Part shown: one piece after another, positions 29,670 to 40,987 of the stretch
How positions within the stretch are numbered: position 1 is the stretch's first letter
Layout of the letters: every line of letters starts with the position of its first letter
Source of the DNA: Candidatus Eiseniibacteriota bacterium
Lineage (GTDB): Bacteria; Eisenbacteria; RBG-16-71-46
DNA: 47,134 nt
Direction of reading: 5' to 3'
Assembly: GCA_031364845.1 (NCBI GenBank)
Contig: JANLWX010000056.1
Coordinates: forward strand, 1-47,134
Program-made: the position numbers and the translations under genes
The notes under the pieces: generated by a model
Told to the model about the DNA's origin: nothing
Seen by the model: the letters and a program-made list of their open reading frames with translations, nothing else
The model's database searches: none

Positions 29670-31673
29670 ATGACCGTCGACACGCAACCCGTCACCATGC
29701 TCCATCCGGCCCGCAACGGATCGCGCCTCCTCACCGCTGAAGATCTGTGGGCTCTGCCTCGGGTTGGCGCTCCGGCGCCGGGACCGGACGGGACCTGGTG
29801 CGTGGTTCCCGTGACGACCCACGATCTCGCGAAGAACGCCGGCACCTCCCGACTATGGTGGGTCCCGGCAGAAGGTGGCGAGCCGCGTCCGCTCACCGCA
29901 CCCGACCTTTCGAGCAGCGATCCGTCGGTGTCGCGCGACGGCAAGCAGATCGCGTTCTGCCGCAAGGGCGAGAAGGGCAAGCCCCAGCTCCACGTGATGC
30001 CGCTCGATGGGGGCGAGGCGCGCGTGCTCACGCAGCTGCCGCTCGGCATGTTCAATCCGCGCTGGCTGCCCGATGGTTCAGGCGTCGTGTTTGGGGCAAA
30101 CGTGCTCAAAGGCCACTTCACACCGGAAGCGACCGCGGCCGAGTTGGAGCGCCGCGAGCAGGAGCCGGTGAAGGCGCACGTCACCGAAGACCGCTTCTAC
30201 CGCTTCTGGGATCAGTGGCTCACGACCGGCGAAGTTCCGCACCTGTTCCACTACGAGCTGGCGACCGGCGTGCTGCGCGACCTCACGCCCGACTCGACAT
30301 TGTGGTTCGACTGGATGGAGATGTCGGGTCAGTTCGACATCAGTCCCGACGGCAAAGAGATCGTGTTCGCGGGAGCCGCATGGGACGAGCCCAAGCAGAT
30401 CCTCCGGTCCGCGATTCACACCGTGCCCGTGGCGGGTGGCGTGGTGACGTGTCTCACGCCGGATCATCCGGCCTCGGACCTCAAGCCGCGCTACACGCCC
30501 GATGGATCCGGAATCGTCTACGGCATGCAGCACGATCCCGACTTCTACGCGGACCGCGCGCGCATGATGCGCTACGACCGCGCCTCGGGAACGCATCACG
30601 AGCTGTTCGCGAACTGGGACCGCTCGCCATCGGCATGGGAGGTGGGAGGCGACGGCACGTTGTTCATGGTCGCGGAAGATCGCGGCCGCGTATCGCTGTT
30701 CGCCGGGCGCAGTGAGCCGGAGCCGCAGGCACTCGTGCGAGGCGGCACGGTTTCGGGGCTCGCGCTTGCGGGCGCGCGGCTGTTCTTCACGCACCAGACG
30801 CTCGCGTCGCCTCCCGAAGTCCACCGCTGCGCGCGCGACGGATCGAGCCTGACGTGCATCACTACGTTCACGAAGGACGTGATGAGCCGTGTCGCGACCG
30901 GCGAGGTGCGCGAGATGTACTACGAAGGCTCTCGCGGCGAGATGGTCCAGATGTACGTCGTGCTGCCGCCGGGGCACCGCGAAGGCGAGAGGAAGCCGCT
31001 CGTGCAGGTGATCCACGGCGGCCCGCACGCGATCAGCGGCGACGTGTGGCAGTGGCGCTGGAATCCACAGCTGTTCGCCGCGCCCGGTTATGTGGCCGCG
31101 ATGGTGAACTTCCAGGGCTCGACCTCGTGGGGCGAATCGTTCGCGCGCCGCATTCAGGGCGAGTGGGCGCTGCGTCCGTTCGAGGACGTGATGCGCGCGA
31201 CCGACCTGCTGATCGCCGCGGGGCTCGCGGATGAGAATCGGCTCGCCGCGGCGGGCGGAAGCTACGGCGGCTATCTGGTCGCGTGGATCGCCGGGCACAC
31301 CGATCGCTACCGCTGCCTCGTGAATCACGCGGGCGTCTACGACGCGCTCGCCCAGTACGCGAGCGACTGGACGATGGGCCGCGGCGAAGCGTGGGGCGGC
31401 GAGGCGTGGAACGGGCTCGATTCGATCGACGCCTGCAATCCTGCGCGCTACACCGCGGGCATGAACACGCCGATGCTCGTGCTCCACGGCGAGCGCGACT
31501 TCCGGGTTCCGGTGAACCAGGGCCTCGAGTGCTACGGCGTGTTGAAGGCGAAGGGCGTTCCGGCGCGCCTGGTCTATTTCCCCGACGAGAACCATTGGGT
31601 GCTCAAACCGAAGAACTCTCTGCTGTGGAATCGCGAAGTGCGCGAGTGGCTCTCGCGCTGGCTCGGAGCGTGA
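29670..31673 (+). CDS. S9 family (prolyl oligopeptidase/DPP) peptidase
   Basis: Beta-propeller repeats, IHGGP, GGSYGG, D(FRV) and ENH catalytic triad. Confidence 0.92.
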   Translation: MTVDTQPVTMLHPARNGSRLLTAEDLWALPRVGAPAPGPDGTWCVVPVTTHDLAKNAGTSRLWWVPAEGGEPRPLTAPDLSSSDPSVSRDGKQIAFCRKGEKGKPQLHVMPLDGGEARVLTQLPLGMFNPRWLPDGSGVVFGANVLKGHFTPEATAAELERREQEPVKAHVTEDRFYRFWDQWLTTGEVPHLFHYELATGVLRDLTPDSTLWFDWMEMSGQFDISPDGKEIVFAGAAWDEPKQILRSAIHTVPVAGGVVTCLTPDHPASDLKPRYTPDGSGIVYGMQHDPDFYADRARMMRYDRASGTHHELFANWDRSPSAWEVGGDGTLFMVAEDRGRVSLFAGRSEPEPQALVRGGTVSGLALAGARLFFTHQTLASPPEVHRCARDGSSLTCITTFTKDVMSRVATGEVREMYYEGSRGEMVQMYVVLPPGHREGERKPLVQVIHGGPHAISGDVWQWRWNPQLFAAPGYVAAMVNFQGSTSWGESFARRIQGEWALRPFEDVMRATDLLIAAGLADENRLAAAGGSYGGYLVAWIAGHTDRYRCLVNHAGVYDALAQYASDWTMGRGEAWGGEAWNGLDSIDACNPARYTAGMNTPMLVLHGERDFRVPVNQGLECYGVLKAKGVPARLVYFPDENHWVLKPKNSLLWNREVREWLSRWLGA

Positions 31674-32635
31674 GCGTTCGCGCACTCGGACTCATTTCGG
31701 GCGGGCTCGACAGCGCGCTCGCGGCGAAGCTCCTGATCGATCAGGGGATCGAGGTGATCGGACTGCACCTCGAATCGCCGACCGCGTGCCGCAGCGATGT
31801 GCGCGCCGTTGCGGCCGAGCTGGGCATCGAGCTCGAAGTGCGCGCCAAGGGCGAGGAGTATCTGCGCCTCCTGCGCCATCCGCGCTGGGGCTACGGCAAG
31901 AACATGAACCCGTGCATCGACTGCCGGCATTTCATGTTCCGCATCGCCGCCGCGCGGCTCGAAGAGATCGGCGCTCAGTTCCTGTTCACCGGCGAAGTGC
32001 TCGGCCAGCGCCCGATGTCCCAGACCCGCGATGCCATGCAGTTGATCGATCGCGAGGCGGGGCTCACCGACCGGATCGTGCGTCCGCTGTCGGCGCAGCA
32101 TCTCGATCCGACGCTCGCCGAGCGCGAAGGCTGGATCGATCGCACGCGCTTGCTCGGCATCAAGGGCCGCGGGCGCAACGAGCAACTCGAGCTCGCGGCG
32201 CGCTACGGGCTCACGGCGCATCAGTCACCCGGCGGCGGATGTCTGCTCACCGATCCGCATTTCTCGGGCAAGCTGCGCGATCTGTTCGAACACACACCCG
32301 ACGAGACGGCCGGCATGGACGATCTCGCGCTGCTGCGGGTCGGACGGCACTTCCGCGTGAGCCCCGATCTCAAGATCGTGCTGGGCCGCGATCGCGCCGA
32401 GAACACCGCGCTGGCGAATTTCGAAGATCACGCGCGCTGGCGGGTCGAGCCGGATCAGTTCGCGGGACCGACCGCGCTCGTGTGCGGTGAGCGCAGCGAC
32501 GCGAACGCGCACCGTGCCGCCAAGCTGATCGCAGCGCACGCGAACGTGCCTGCCGGAGCGTTCGTGAGATGGGGAGACGGAGCGCGCGTGGCGCTCGACG
32601 ACCTCGAAGCTGCAGAGGATGTTGTCGCGAACTGA
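31670..32635 (+). CDS. PP-loop tRNA sulfurtransferase-like protein (ThiI/MnmA-like)
   Basis: SGGLDS, NPCIDCR, TGEVLGQRPMSQ, GGGCLLT and GRHFR. GTG start overlaps the S9 stop. Confidence 0.85.
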   Translation: MSVRALGLISGGLDSALAAKLLIDQGIEVIGLHLESPTACRSDVRAVAAELGIELEVRAKGEEYLRLLRHPRWGYGKNMNPCIDCRHFMFRIAAARLEEIGAQFLFTGEVLGQRPMSQTRDAMQLIDREAGLTDRIVRPLSAQHLDPTLAEREGWIDRTRLLGIKGRGRNEQLELAARYGLTAHQSPGGGCLLTDPHFSGKLRDLFEHTPDETAGMDDLALLRVGRHFRVSPDLKIVLGRDRAENTALANFEDHARWRVEPDQFAGPTALVCGERSDANAHRAAKLIAAHANVPAGAFVRWGDGARVALDDLEAAEDVVAN

Positions 32636-32713
32636 TCGCGATGCTTCGAGCTCTACTGCGAGGCTACCGATGCGGGGCGGGGGAAGCCCCCCAATTCGGT
32701 CTGCTCGGCAACA

Positions 32714-32745
32714 AAACGGAGCTCGCTCCCGGGCGAGCTCCGTTT
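32714..32745 (-). terminator. Intrinsic terminator
   Basis: AAACGGAGCTCGC-tcccgg-GCGAGCTCCGTTT with a T-run on the minus strand. Confidence 0.8.
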
Positions 32746-32746
32746 C

Positions 32747-32905
32747 TCAGGCCGCGCGACGGTGTCCTTGCACGACCGTCAGGACCGTCGTCTTGCGCGC
32801 AAGGCGCGAGTCGAAGAAGAACAGCCCGGTCGCCACTGCTGCAATTCCGATGAACAACACAGCCCCGACATTGGCGAGTAAGTCGACAAACCAAACCAGT
32901 TCCAT
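32747..32905 (-). CDS. 52-aa single-TM small protein (below the ORF-track cutoff)
   Basis: MELVWFVDLLANVGAVLFIGIAAVATGLFFFDSRLARKTTVLTVVQGHRRAA. GGAGGAGG RBS, with a terminator directly after the stop. Confidence 0.75.
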   Translation of the reverse strand: MELVWFVDLLANVGAVLFIGIAAVATGLFFFDSRLARKTTVLTVVQGHRRAA

Positions 32906-33133
32906 TGCCCCTCCTCCATGTGTGGGTGTTGCTCGCTCAACCTAGCATTGAGATGACTCGAAATCGCACCGCGATCTGCTGCTGAAGTGTTTGTTTGCAA
33001 TGGCTTGCGTGACCATCCGGGCGCCGACAAGTAATCAACGCGTCACCGATTGCAGATCCTCTTTTCCCACGCGAGTAGTGCAAATGACTCGCGTGTATGA
33101 CGTCGCGCGCTCGCCGAGTGTGTAACGCAGGTC

Positions 33134-33162
33134 TTGAAACGCTCCCGTTACGTGCTCATACT
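33134..33162 (+). promoter_or_regulatory. Putative sigma70 promoter TTGAAA-N17-CATACT
   Basis: Near-consensus hexamers with a 17-nt spacer in an otherwise GC-rich genome. Confidence 0.5.
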
Positions 33163-33186
33163 CCCGCCGGCCGTCGCTGATCGTGA

Positions 33187-33369
33187 CGCCGCGTAGCCCT
33201 CACGGGCGAACTGCGATTCAACGCCGTCGTCGCCGCCGCGGGGGCGCTCCGACCGGATGAGCACGAGATCACGATCGAAGAGTCGCGCCGCGTGCCGCCG
33301 GGTATTTACACCGGTCGCCTCAAGAGCAACGGCAGGACGCTGAACACGCCAGTGTGCGTGGTGCGATGA
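33187..33369 (+). pseudogene. Start-less frame encoding a sorting-domain-like C-terminal remnant
   Basis: ...GALRPDEHEITIEESRRVPPGIYTGRLKSNGRTLNTPVCVVR-stop resembles the C-terminal tails of the CTD proteins in this window. In-frame TGA at 33184 and no ATG. Confidence 0.5.
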
Positions 33370-33376
33370 AATGAAA

Positions 33377-33413
33377 CGCGGGGCCTCGCGTCACAACGCG
33401 GGCCCCGCGCTTT
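33377..33413. terminator. Bidirectional terminator after speA
   Basis: CGCGGGGCC(t)CGCGT-caca-ACGCGGGCCCCGCG flanked by AAA and CTTT. Confidence 0.75.
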
Positions 33414-33427
33414 AGATCGGCCGCGGT

Positions 33428-35461
33428 TCAGGTCTTCGAAGGTAGCGTTGCCGGAGCGTCCGGCTTCTCGCGCGGCGTGGCCCGCCGTTCCACCCCCGTG
33501 AATCCCTGATTCGTCGCAACGAGGCCCGAGGATCCGTTCGTTATCGAGCGGCCCGGATCTTCTTCCTCGAGATACGTGTAGCCCTCGAGACCTTCCTCGT
33601 AGCGCTTCATCAGGAGCGCCGACTCCTCGAACGTCAAGAGCCCGCGGCGCAGCGCCTCTTCGTTCGCCTGGCGCACGCGCTGCATGAGGTACTGCTTCGA
33701 GTACTGGACGTAGCCGAGCACGGCCGTCACCGAATCGCCTTCGACCACGTGATCGATGCGATAACCCTTCTCGTCGATCGTGATGTGGACCGCGTTGGTG
33801 TCGCCGAACAGGTTGTGCAGATCGCCCAGGATCTCCTGATACGCGCCGACCAGGAACACGCCGAGGAAATACGGCGTGCCGTCGAACGGGTGGAGTTCGA
33901 GCGAGCTCTTCACGTCACGCAGGTCGATGAACTGATCCATCTTGCCATCGGAGTCGCAGGTCAGATCGGCGATCACTCCGCGGCGCGTCGGACGTTCGGT
34001 GAGACGGTGCAGCGGCATGATCGGGAACAGCTGCTTCACCGCCCAGTGGTCGGGCGCCGACTGGAACACCGAGAAGTTGCCGTAATACGTGTCGGCGAGC
34101 ACCTTCTCGAGCCCTTCGAGATCGTCGGGCACGTAGTCGAGATCGCGGATGATCTTGAGGATCGCCTCGCAGCAGCCCCAGAACAGCTGCTCGACGCGCG
34201 CGCGTTCGCGCAGGTCGAGCAGGCCGACGTTGAACAAATTCGTCGCCTCTTCCTTGAGCTGCAGCGCGTCGTGGTACGCCTCCTGGAAATTCTTGCGCGA
34301 CACCGAGCGCCAGGTTTCGACCAGCTGCTGGATGACCGGCTGCTCGTCCTCGTCCACCGCCGGCGCGGACTGGCCGGCGAGCACTTCGTTCACATCGAGG
34401 ATGTTGAACACCAGAACGGAGTGGTGCGCGACCAGCGCGCGGCCTGATTCGGTGAGGATGTCGGGATGCGCCAGCTCGACCGTCTCGCACGCTTCCTGGA
34501 TCGCGGCGACGATGTCGTTCGCGTACTCCTGCTGCGTGTAGTTGGTCGAGGAGGACCAGTTGGTGGACGAGCCGTCGTAGTCCACGCCCAGTCCGCCGCC
34601 CGCGTCGAAGAACTTGAGCCCGGCGCCGGCCTTGGCCAGCTCGACGTAGATGCGGCACGCCTCCTTCATCGCGTCCTTGATCGCGCGCACCGATGAGATC
34701 TGCGAGCCGATATGGAAGTGCAGCATCTCGAGGCAGTCGAGCATCTCCGCATCGCGCAGCCGGTCGAGCAGCATCACGATCTCGGTCGAGGTGAGCCCGA
34801 ACTTGGAACGGTCGCCGGTCGATTCCATCCACTTGCCGGCGCCCTTGGTGGTGAGCTTCGCGCGCACGCCGATGTGCGGCCGGATGCCGAGGCGCTCCGA
34901 CACCTGGAGCAGCAGGTCCAGTTCGCGGAAGCGGTCGATCACAATGATCGGATAGCGCCCGAGCTTCTGCGACAGGAGTGCGGTCTCCATGTACTCGGCG
35001 TCCTTGTAGCCGTTCAAGACCAGCAGCGCGTCGGGGCTGTCGAGCAGCACGAGGCCCGCCAGCAATTCGGGCTTGGAGCCGGCTTCGAGACCGAGCCCGT
35101 AGGGCCGGCCGAAGCGCACGAGCTCCTCGACCACCTGGTGCTGCTGATTGACCTTGATCGGGTACACGCCGCGGTAGCGGCCCTTGTAGCCGTACTCGCG
35201 GATCGCGGCGTCGAAGCAGCCGAACAGTGTCTTCACGCGGCTGTCGAGGATGTCCGGGAACCGGATCAGCAGCGGCATGTCGAGGCCGCGACGCTGGAGA
35301 TCGAGCACCAGATCGTGCAGGTCCGCGCTCGGACCGGCGGGGCCGGAGGGAGTCACTTCGACGTGTCCCGCCTCGTTGATTCCGAAATAGCCGCTCGACC
35401 AGCCGGCCACGTTGTAGAGCGAGACGGAATCCTTCGTCGTCCAGGCGCGAATGTCGTTCAA
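33428..35461 (-). CDS. speA: Biosynthetic arginine decarboxylase
   Basis: YPIKVNQ (PLP Lys), EAGSKPEL, HFHIGSQ, TCDSDG and GAYQEILGDLHNLFG. TTG start with GGAGG RBS. Confidence 0.95.
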   Translation of the reverse strand: MNDIRAWTTKDSVSLYNVAGWSSGYFGINEAGHVEVTPSGPAGPSADLHDLVLDLQRRGLDMPLLIRFPDILDSRVKTLFGCFDAAIREYGYKGRYRGVYPIKVNQQHQVVEELVRFGRPYGLGLEAGSKPELLAGLVLLDSPDALLVLNGYKDAEYMETALLSQKLGRYPIIVIDRFRELDLLLQVSERLGIRPHIGVRAKLTTKGAGKWMESTGDRSKFGLTSTEIVMLLDRLRDAEMLDCLEMLHFHIGSQISSVRAIKDAMKEACRIYVELAKAGAGLKFFDAGGGLGVDYDGSSTNWSSSTNYTQQEYANDIVAAIQEACETVELAHPDILTESGRALVAHHSVLVFNILDVNEVLAGQSAPAVDEDEQPVIQQLVETWRSVSRKNFQEAYHDALQLKEEATNLFNVGLLDLRERARVEQLFWGCCEAILKIIRDLDYVPDDLEGLEKVLADTYYGNFSVFQSAPDHWAVKQLFPIMPLHRLTERPTRRGVIADLTCDSDGKMDQFIDLRDVKSSLELHPFDGTPYFLGVFLVGAYQEILGDLHNLFGDTNAVHITIDEKGYRIDHVVEGDSVTAVLGYVQYSKQYLMQRVRQANEEALRRGLLTFEESALLMKRYEEGLEGYTYLEEEDPGRSITNGSSGLVATNQGFTGVERRATPREKPDAPATLPSKT

Positions 35462-35769
35462 CGATCTTCCTCCGGGCGCTCGGCGCCACAAATCCAAACA
35501 CGATTTCGCGAAACGTTTGGTCGTCAACACTACAGGCACGCGACCCGCAATGAAAGCTTTCGCGCGACGATTTCGCGCAGCTCGCCGCGCCCGATTCGTG
35601 GCATCGGCAGCTTGGAGCAGCTTTGCCGCTCCATTCGTTGTCCGATCGAGACCGGCGCCCGCACCACGCCTCCGCACGACGCCTCCGTGCGCCCATCTGG
35701 TATGGTTCCGCCCGACCCCGGCACCCGGGGGTGCTGCGCACGTCGGCCGATCTCGGAGACAATCCCCGC

Positions 35770-36378
35770 ATGAACTCGCCGAACAAACCTGCCGATATCC
35801 ACGATAGCCCGCGACAGGAGCCGCGCCTGCCACCGGGTCAGATCCTCACGGAGAAGTGGCCGGTGCTTCACTACGGCTCGATTCCGAAAGTCGATCTGGC
35901 GCAGTGGGATCTGCGCATCCACGGTCTCGTGGAAGCGCCGATGCGGTGGTCGTGGGATGAGTTCCAGAAGCTGCCGCGCACCCGTTTGCGCAGCGACATT
36001 CACTGCGTCACGCGCTGGAGCCGCTACGACAACGTGTGGGAAGGGGTTTCGATCCGGGAGCTGTTCCGGAACGTCGTCCTCCGGCCCGCGGCGAAGTTCG
36101 CGATCCTCCACGCGGAGCCGAGCTACACGACCAATCTGTCCCTTGCGGAGTTGATCCAGGACGATGTGCTCCTCGCCGACACGCATGATGGGGTTCCGCT
36201 CACCCCCGAGCACGGCTGGCCACTGCGGCTCGTCGTGCCGCGGCGCTATTTCTGGAAGAGCGCCAAGTGGGTCCGGGCGATCGAACTGGTCGACCGAGAT
36301 CATCCCGGATTCTGGGAGCAGAACGGCTATCACAACGACGCCGACCCGTGGAAGGAAGAGCGCTTCTCGGAGTGGTGA
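35770..36378 (+). CDS. Sulfite oxidase-like molybdopterin oxidoreductase
   Basis: RLPPGQ, DIHCVTRWS, EHGWPLRL, KSAKW and GFWEQNGYH. Confidence 0.9.
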   Translation: MNSPNKPADIHDSPRQEPRLPPGQILTEKWPVLHYGSIPKVDLAQWDLRIHGLVEAPMRWSWDEFQKLPRTRLRSDIHCVTRWSRYDNVWEGVSIRELFRNVVLRPAAKFAILHAEPSYTTNLSLAELIQDDVLLADTHDGVPLTPEHGWPLRLVVPRRYFWKSAKWVRAIELVDRDHPGFWEQNGYHNDADPWKEERFSEW

Positions 36379-36405
36379 TGCGCGCAGGCGCGCGGGGATC
36401 GTGTC

Positions 36406-37578
36406 GTGAAGCGCGTGAAGGTCACCCCGGAGGCCGCCTGCACGTGGCTCAAGGACCAACTCGAGGCGCTCGACCAATTCCGTAACGCCAGCACGCGCGA
36501 CGCCAGCTTCAGACAGTGGCGGCAGAGTACTCTCACGGTGATCCAGCGCATCTGGCCTGGCGTCACCGCCCGTTCCAGCCGCTTCCGCCGGATTCCGTTC
36601 AGCCCGCCCTCGACGCTTGCCGACGCGCGACAGTCTCGTGAAGCGTTCGAGCGCGGCTGCTCCGAGGCGACGCTGTTGGTCCGCGCGTGGGTGGCCGAGA
36701 TCGAGGCGAAAGGGATTCTGCTCGAGAATTCGGAGCCTTCGGTGTCGGAAGAGGTCGCCTACGGCGCTCCGGTCTTGTCGCTCGATCAGGAGACGCCGCG
36801 CGGTGACTCGGACCAAGGGCTGCTCGATCCGGGTGTGCCGACGCTCGATCTGCCGAGTTCGGACGCCGCGAGCGACGCGAATGCGCCGCCGAAGACCTCG
36901 AAGTCCAGCAAGGGCAGCGGAGCGAAGGCTCCAAAAGCCGCGCGGGCCCGGACTTCCTCAGCGAAGCCGGGCCGCCTCAAGGACATGCTCGGCCTCGCGC
37001 ACCTTTCGGCTGCGGCGGGAGCCCCCGATGAGTCGGAGCGCTTCCGGGCCGCGATGGAAGAGGCGAAAGCCGTGCTGGCGGACACGTCTGCCGTGGCACC
37101 CGCTGCCGCCGCACCCGCGGAGACGAGGCCCGACCCATTCGACCTCACGGTCCGTACCGATCCCGAGCCGACGGTCATCGTGGAAGTCGTCCCGCCGGCC
37201 ACGCACCCCGCCTTTTCGATGTCCGTGCCGTTCACGCTCACGCCGGCACCGACTTCGATGGAACGACTCGACGTCTCCGATCTCGAGCTGACGTTTGTGG
37301 ACGATCCGATCCTGACGCTTTCGGCCGGGGCTCGCGCTCATGAACTCGAGGGCGCGGCCGAGATGACGCGCATCGCGGGCGACATCGCCGCGTACGACGT
37401 GCCCGCGGCGGAGTTCGATCGCGTGCGCCGCACGCTGCTCGATCTCGCGCACGCGATCGAACGCGGAGACCCGTCATGGGACGCGTTGCGCGCGGCGACC
37501 GCGGTCGTAATGCACTACCCGAAGCTCGGGCGCCGCGCGATGCCGCTCCTGCTGCCGCTCCTCGACCGCACCGGGTAG
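36406..37578 (+). CDS. Hypothetical protein (helical N- and C-terminal domains, low-complexity linker)
   Basis: 390-aa ORF with GC-biased codon usage and a GGGGA RBS before GTG. Confidence 0.7.
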   Translation: MKRVKVTPEAACTWLKDQLEALDQFRNASTRDASFRQWRQSTLTVIQRIWPGVTARSSRFRRIPFSPPSTLADARQSREAFERGCSEATLLVRAWVAEIEAKGILLENSEPSVSEEVAYGAPVLSLDQETPRGDSDQGLLDPGVPTLDLPSSDAASDANAPPKTSKSSKGSGAKAPKAARARTSSAKPGRLKDMLGLAHLSAAAGAPDESERFRAAMEEAKAVLADTSAVAPAAAAPAETRPDPFDLTVRTDPEPTVIVEVVPPATHPAFSMSVPFTLTPAPTSMERLDVSDLELTFVDDPILTLSAGARAHELEGAAEMTRIAGDIAAYDVPAAEFDRVRRTLLDLAHAIERGDPSWDALRAATAVVMHYPKLGRRAMPLLLPLLDRTG

Positions 37579-37735
37579 GCGCCGAAAACACTTCGCATCG
37601 CTGGCGGCGGCCCGATGACCTGCGCCGCGCCGGACCGATGACCCGCCTAAGCGCGTTGCGCCCCCGGAATGCCTTGCGGCATTGTGATCGGGCGCGGCAC
37701 GTGGCCCAGGATTCCGTGCCCGCACGGAGGTCGTC

Positions 37736-40348
<2,613 letters not shown>

Positions 40349-40482
40349 GCGGGGGGCCTCCGGCCCCGGCCGGTTCAGGCCGGCGGGCGACCGCGGCCCG
40401 TCGGATTCGGCACGTGATTCCCGCCCCGTCGCCGTGCTATCGTTGGCCCAGCACCGGGCGCCACCCATTGAAAGGAGCCGCC

Positions 40483-40854
40483 ATGCTCCGCGCCTTCACC
40501 AGCACTCTGCTCCTCGCCCTCATGCTTCCCGCCGCCGCCTCGGCTGCGACCTGGAAGGGACGTTCTGTAGACGGTCCGCGCTTCAACGCGAGCATCGTCC
40601 ACGATGACTTCGGTGCGATCCCGAACGTCGACGTCAAATTCTCGGGCCACGACCTCACGGTCTACCTGCGCAGCACCCAGCTCTATCTGGTGCTCGACGA
40701 CGACGAGATCGCCGATCCCCGCCACATCATGGCGCGCGACAACCGCCGCGGCATCACGTGGGAAGTCGATGTCCGCAACCTCCGCGAAGCCCCGCCCCGC
40801 CGCTCGAGCGGCGGAGGAATCCCCGGCTATCGCCTCGCGCCAGTAAGATTCTAG
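40483..40854 (+). CDS. Secreted hypothetical protein
   Basis: AAAGGAG RBS and a signal peptide ending AAASA. Confidence 0.7.
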   Translation: MLRAFTSTLLLALMLPAAASAATWKGRSVDGPRFNASIVHDDFGAIPNVDVKFSGHDLTVYLRSTQLYLVLDDDEIADPRHIMARDNRRGITWEVDVRNLREAPPRRSSGGGIPGYRLAPVRF

Positions 40855-40861
40855 CGAACGA

Positions 40862-40987
40862 GCTCCGGCCGCTGAGAAGCCCGAGTGCAAGGCGCGAGGG
40901 AAGAGACGAGCGAGACGTGTCCGCAGGACACTTCGCAGCGAGGAACGACCGAGCAACGCAGCAATCGGGTTTCTCAGCGGCCGGAGC
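40862..40987. mobile_element. 126-bp MITE-like element with 23-bp terminal inverted repeats
   Basis: GCTCCGGCCGCTGAGAAGCCCGA ... TCGGGTTTCTCAGCGGCCGGAGC (22/23) with a central GTGTCC-gca-GGACAC hairpin. Confidence 0.6.

Noticed and set aside
33068..33095. Inverted repeat CACGCGAGT-N10-ACTCGCGTG
   Set aside because: The repeat is real but no function can be assigned, and there is no tRNA or att-site pattern nearby.
37580..37735. Heat-shock operator upstream of clpB
   Set aside because: No CIRCE, HAIR or CtsR repeat is recognisable.
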